This document shows, in pieces, positions 62,601 to 64,000 of a stretch of 64,000 nucleotides of DNA (position 1 is the stretch's first letter; each line of letters opens with the position of its first letter). A program made the translations under genes and the position numbers. The stretch covers positions 806,001 through 870,000 of the forward strand of contig MU054466.1 of assembly GCA_013239625.1 (NCBI GenBank). Reading direction: 5' to 3'. Source of the stretch: Lama guanicoe. Lineage: Eukaryota. Below the pieces are notes generated by a model, which was not told where the DNA came from, made no database searches, and saw nothing but the letters and a program-made list of their open reading frames with translations.

Positions 62601-63853
62601 GAGAAAGCGGGTCAGCAGGGACCCAGCCCCAACCAGGGCAACCCAGGGTGAGGGTGCAGCCCAGGGCTCTACCAGGTGCTGACGGCCACGGCGCTGCAGG
62701 GCCTGGAGCTGCGCCCCAGGGAAATGCCGGTGGCCAGCTGCTGGGGATGGGGGTCCTGCCCTCAAGCCCTGGCGCCCTAGCCTGGGGCTCCTGCCTCTTT
62801 CTAACCCCCTAGGGGGCTGGGGTCCAGCTCCCTGGGAAGTTGCCTATCGAGTCTCGCTCACGCGCTGTCAGCTCCCCAAGAAAGCGGGCGGTGGCGTCCT
62901 GGGGCAGGACGGCTTTTCTGTCCTCCAACCGCATGGACGAGCCCGCGCGCTCCCTGACCAGCCGCAGGCCCAGCCGCCACCAGAGGGCGCACATGCCCTG
63001 CTGCAGCCCTGCCTGGGGCTGCGTGGCAGTGCGGCCACTGCTGCTGGAACACTGCGGCTGGCAGCAGGTGCCCGCCCGGCGGTGCAGGTAGCGACGGGGC
63101 CCCTCCCACGTCCTGCTGCCAGCGAGCCCTCCTAGCACAGGCCCCGGACGCAAAGCCACTTAGCAGGGTGGCCCCACCACGACCTGCAGGGACACAGGTC
63201 CAGTTGCTGTCCTTGCCTAACACCTGTGGTGAGGGCCCTCAGGCCAGCACCAGCAGCAGGGGCCTCTCCACGGAGGGAGGGCCTGGCTCCTTGGTGGCCA
63301 GGCCAAGGCAACCACAAGCTGAGCCAGATCAAGCACACATGTGAGGCACACGAACCCTGCCGACCCGCAGAACCCCTTATGGAAAAAGGACCCAAACCAG
63401 GGCCTCCCTGGTTGGCTCAGCTGCCTGACCACATCTATTCTCTCAGAACGTTCTGGTATGTCCCAGCGCACAGGGCTGACCCGACCCCAGATCTGCCTGT
63501 GGACTATGGGGAACAGAAGGTCCACTGAAGCTGCCTATCCCTGCAGGGGAGCCAGTGTCCTCTGGGGCTCGCTGGCTCTGGCGGGGAGGGGTGCCTGGGG
63601 GAAGCCCTCGTAGTGGGCTATCAGGGTAACTGCTCTCACAAAGACCCCAAAGCAATTTCTAATATTAAAACATCTGTACCCTTGACCTGGTAACTCTTCC
63701 TTGCCCAACTCTCCCTGGGGTCGGGACGAAACACATGGGGCATTGGGCATGGTGCTTTCATCACACCTCAAGGCTGGGCACCCCGAGTTCCCTGGGGGAA
63801 GCAGCCTGTGTCTGCAGAGGCATGCCTGGCCCCACACAGAGTGAGCACCTCAC

Positions 63854-64000
63854 CTTGGAGTGGTAGGCGGCGGAGTTCTTGGCCACGGCGCACTGCTTCT
63901 CCACCAGGAAGCAGAACCTCCTCCTCTCCTCGGTGAGGGCAGTCTTGTAGCCGTCCGACACGTAGCTCTCCAGCTCGCCCTGTTTGTTGCCGATCGCATC
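63854..64000 (-). CDS. BAIAP2: BAIAP2 IMD/I-BAR exon (partial, runs off window end)
   Basis: DAIGNKQGELESYVSDGYKTALTEERRRFCFLVEKQCAVAKNSAAYHSK; donor AAG|GTGAGG. Confidence 0.96.

Overview
Mammalian, very GC-rich genomic DNA, syntenic with the human CEP131-PVALEF-AATK-BAIAP2 locus. A tRNA-derived SINE resembling the camelid vic-1 family suggests an alpaca/camel genome (inference). Contents from left to right: (1) the last three exons of CEP131 (+); (2) a four-exon PVALEF (parvalbumin-like EF-hand) gene on the minus strand that appears pseudogenised (in-frame TAA, 1-nt frameshift, lost stop); (3) the complete 14-exon AATK/LMTK1 kinase gene (+, 4128 nt CDS = 1375 aa), with a CpG-island promoter interrupted by a 190-N gap and miR-338 / antisense miR-3065 in intron 7; (4) the 3' half of BAIAP2/IRSp53 (-) with its alternative S, T and M C-terminal exons, converging tail-to-tail on AATK. 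Old L1, L2, MIR, MLT1 and MER58 repeats are scattered throughout. Almost all ORFs in the supplied track are spurious GC-rich frames. I found no clearly new gene system. The best leads are PVALEF loss, candidate internal AATK promoters and first exons, a cluster of miR-338/3065 seed sites inside the inferred AATK/BAIAP2 antisense overlap, and a candidate hairpin-masked BAIAP2 micro-exon. Gene and repeat identities come from recalled orthologue sequences, not from database searches.
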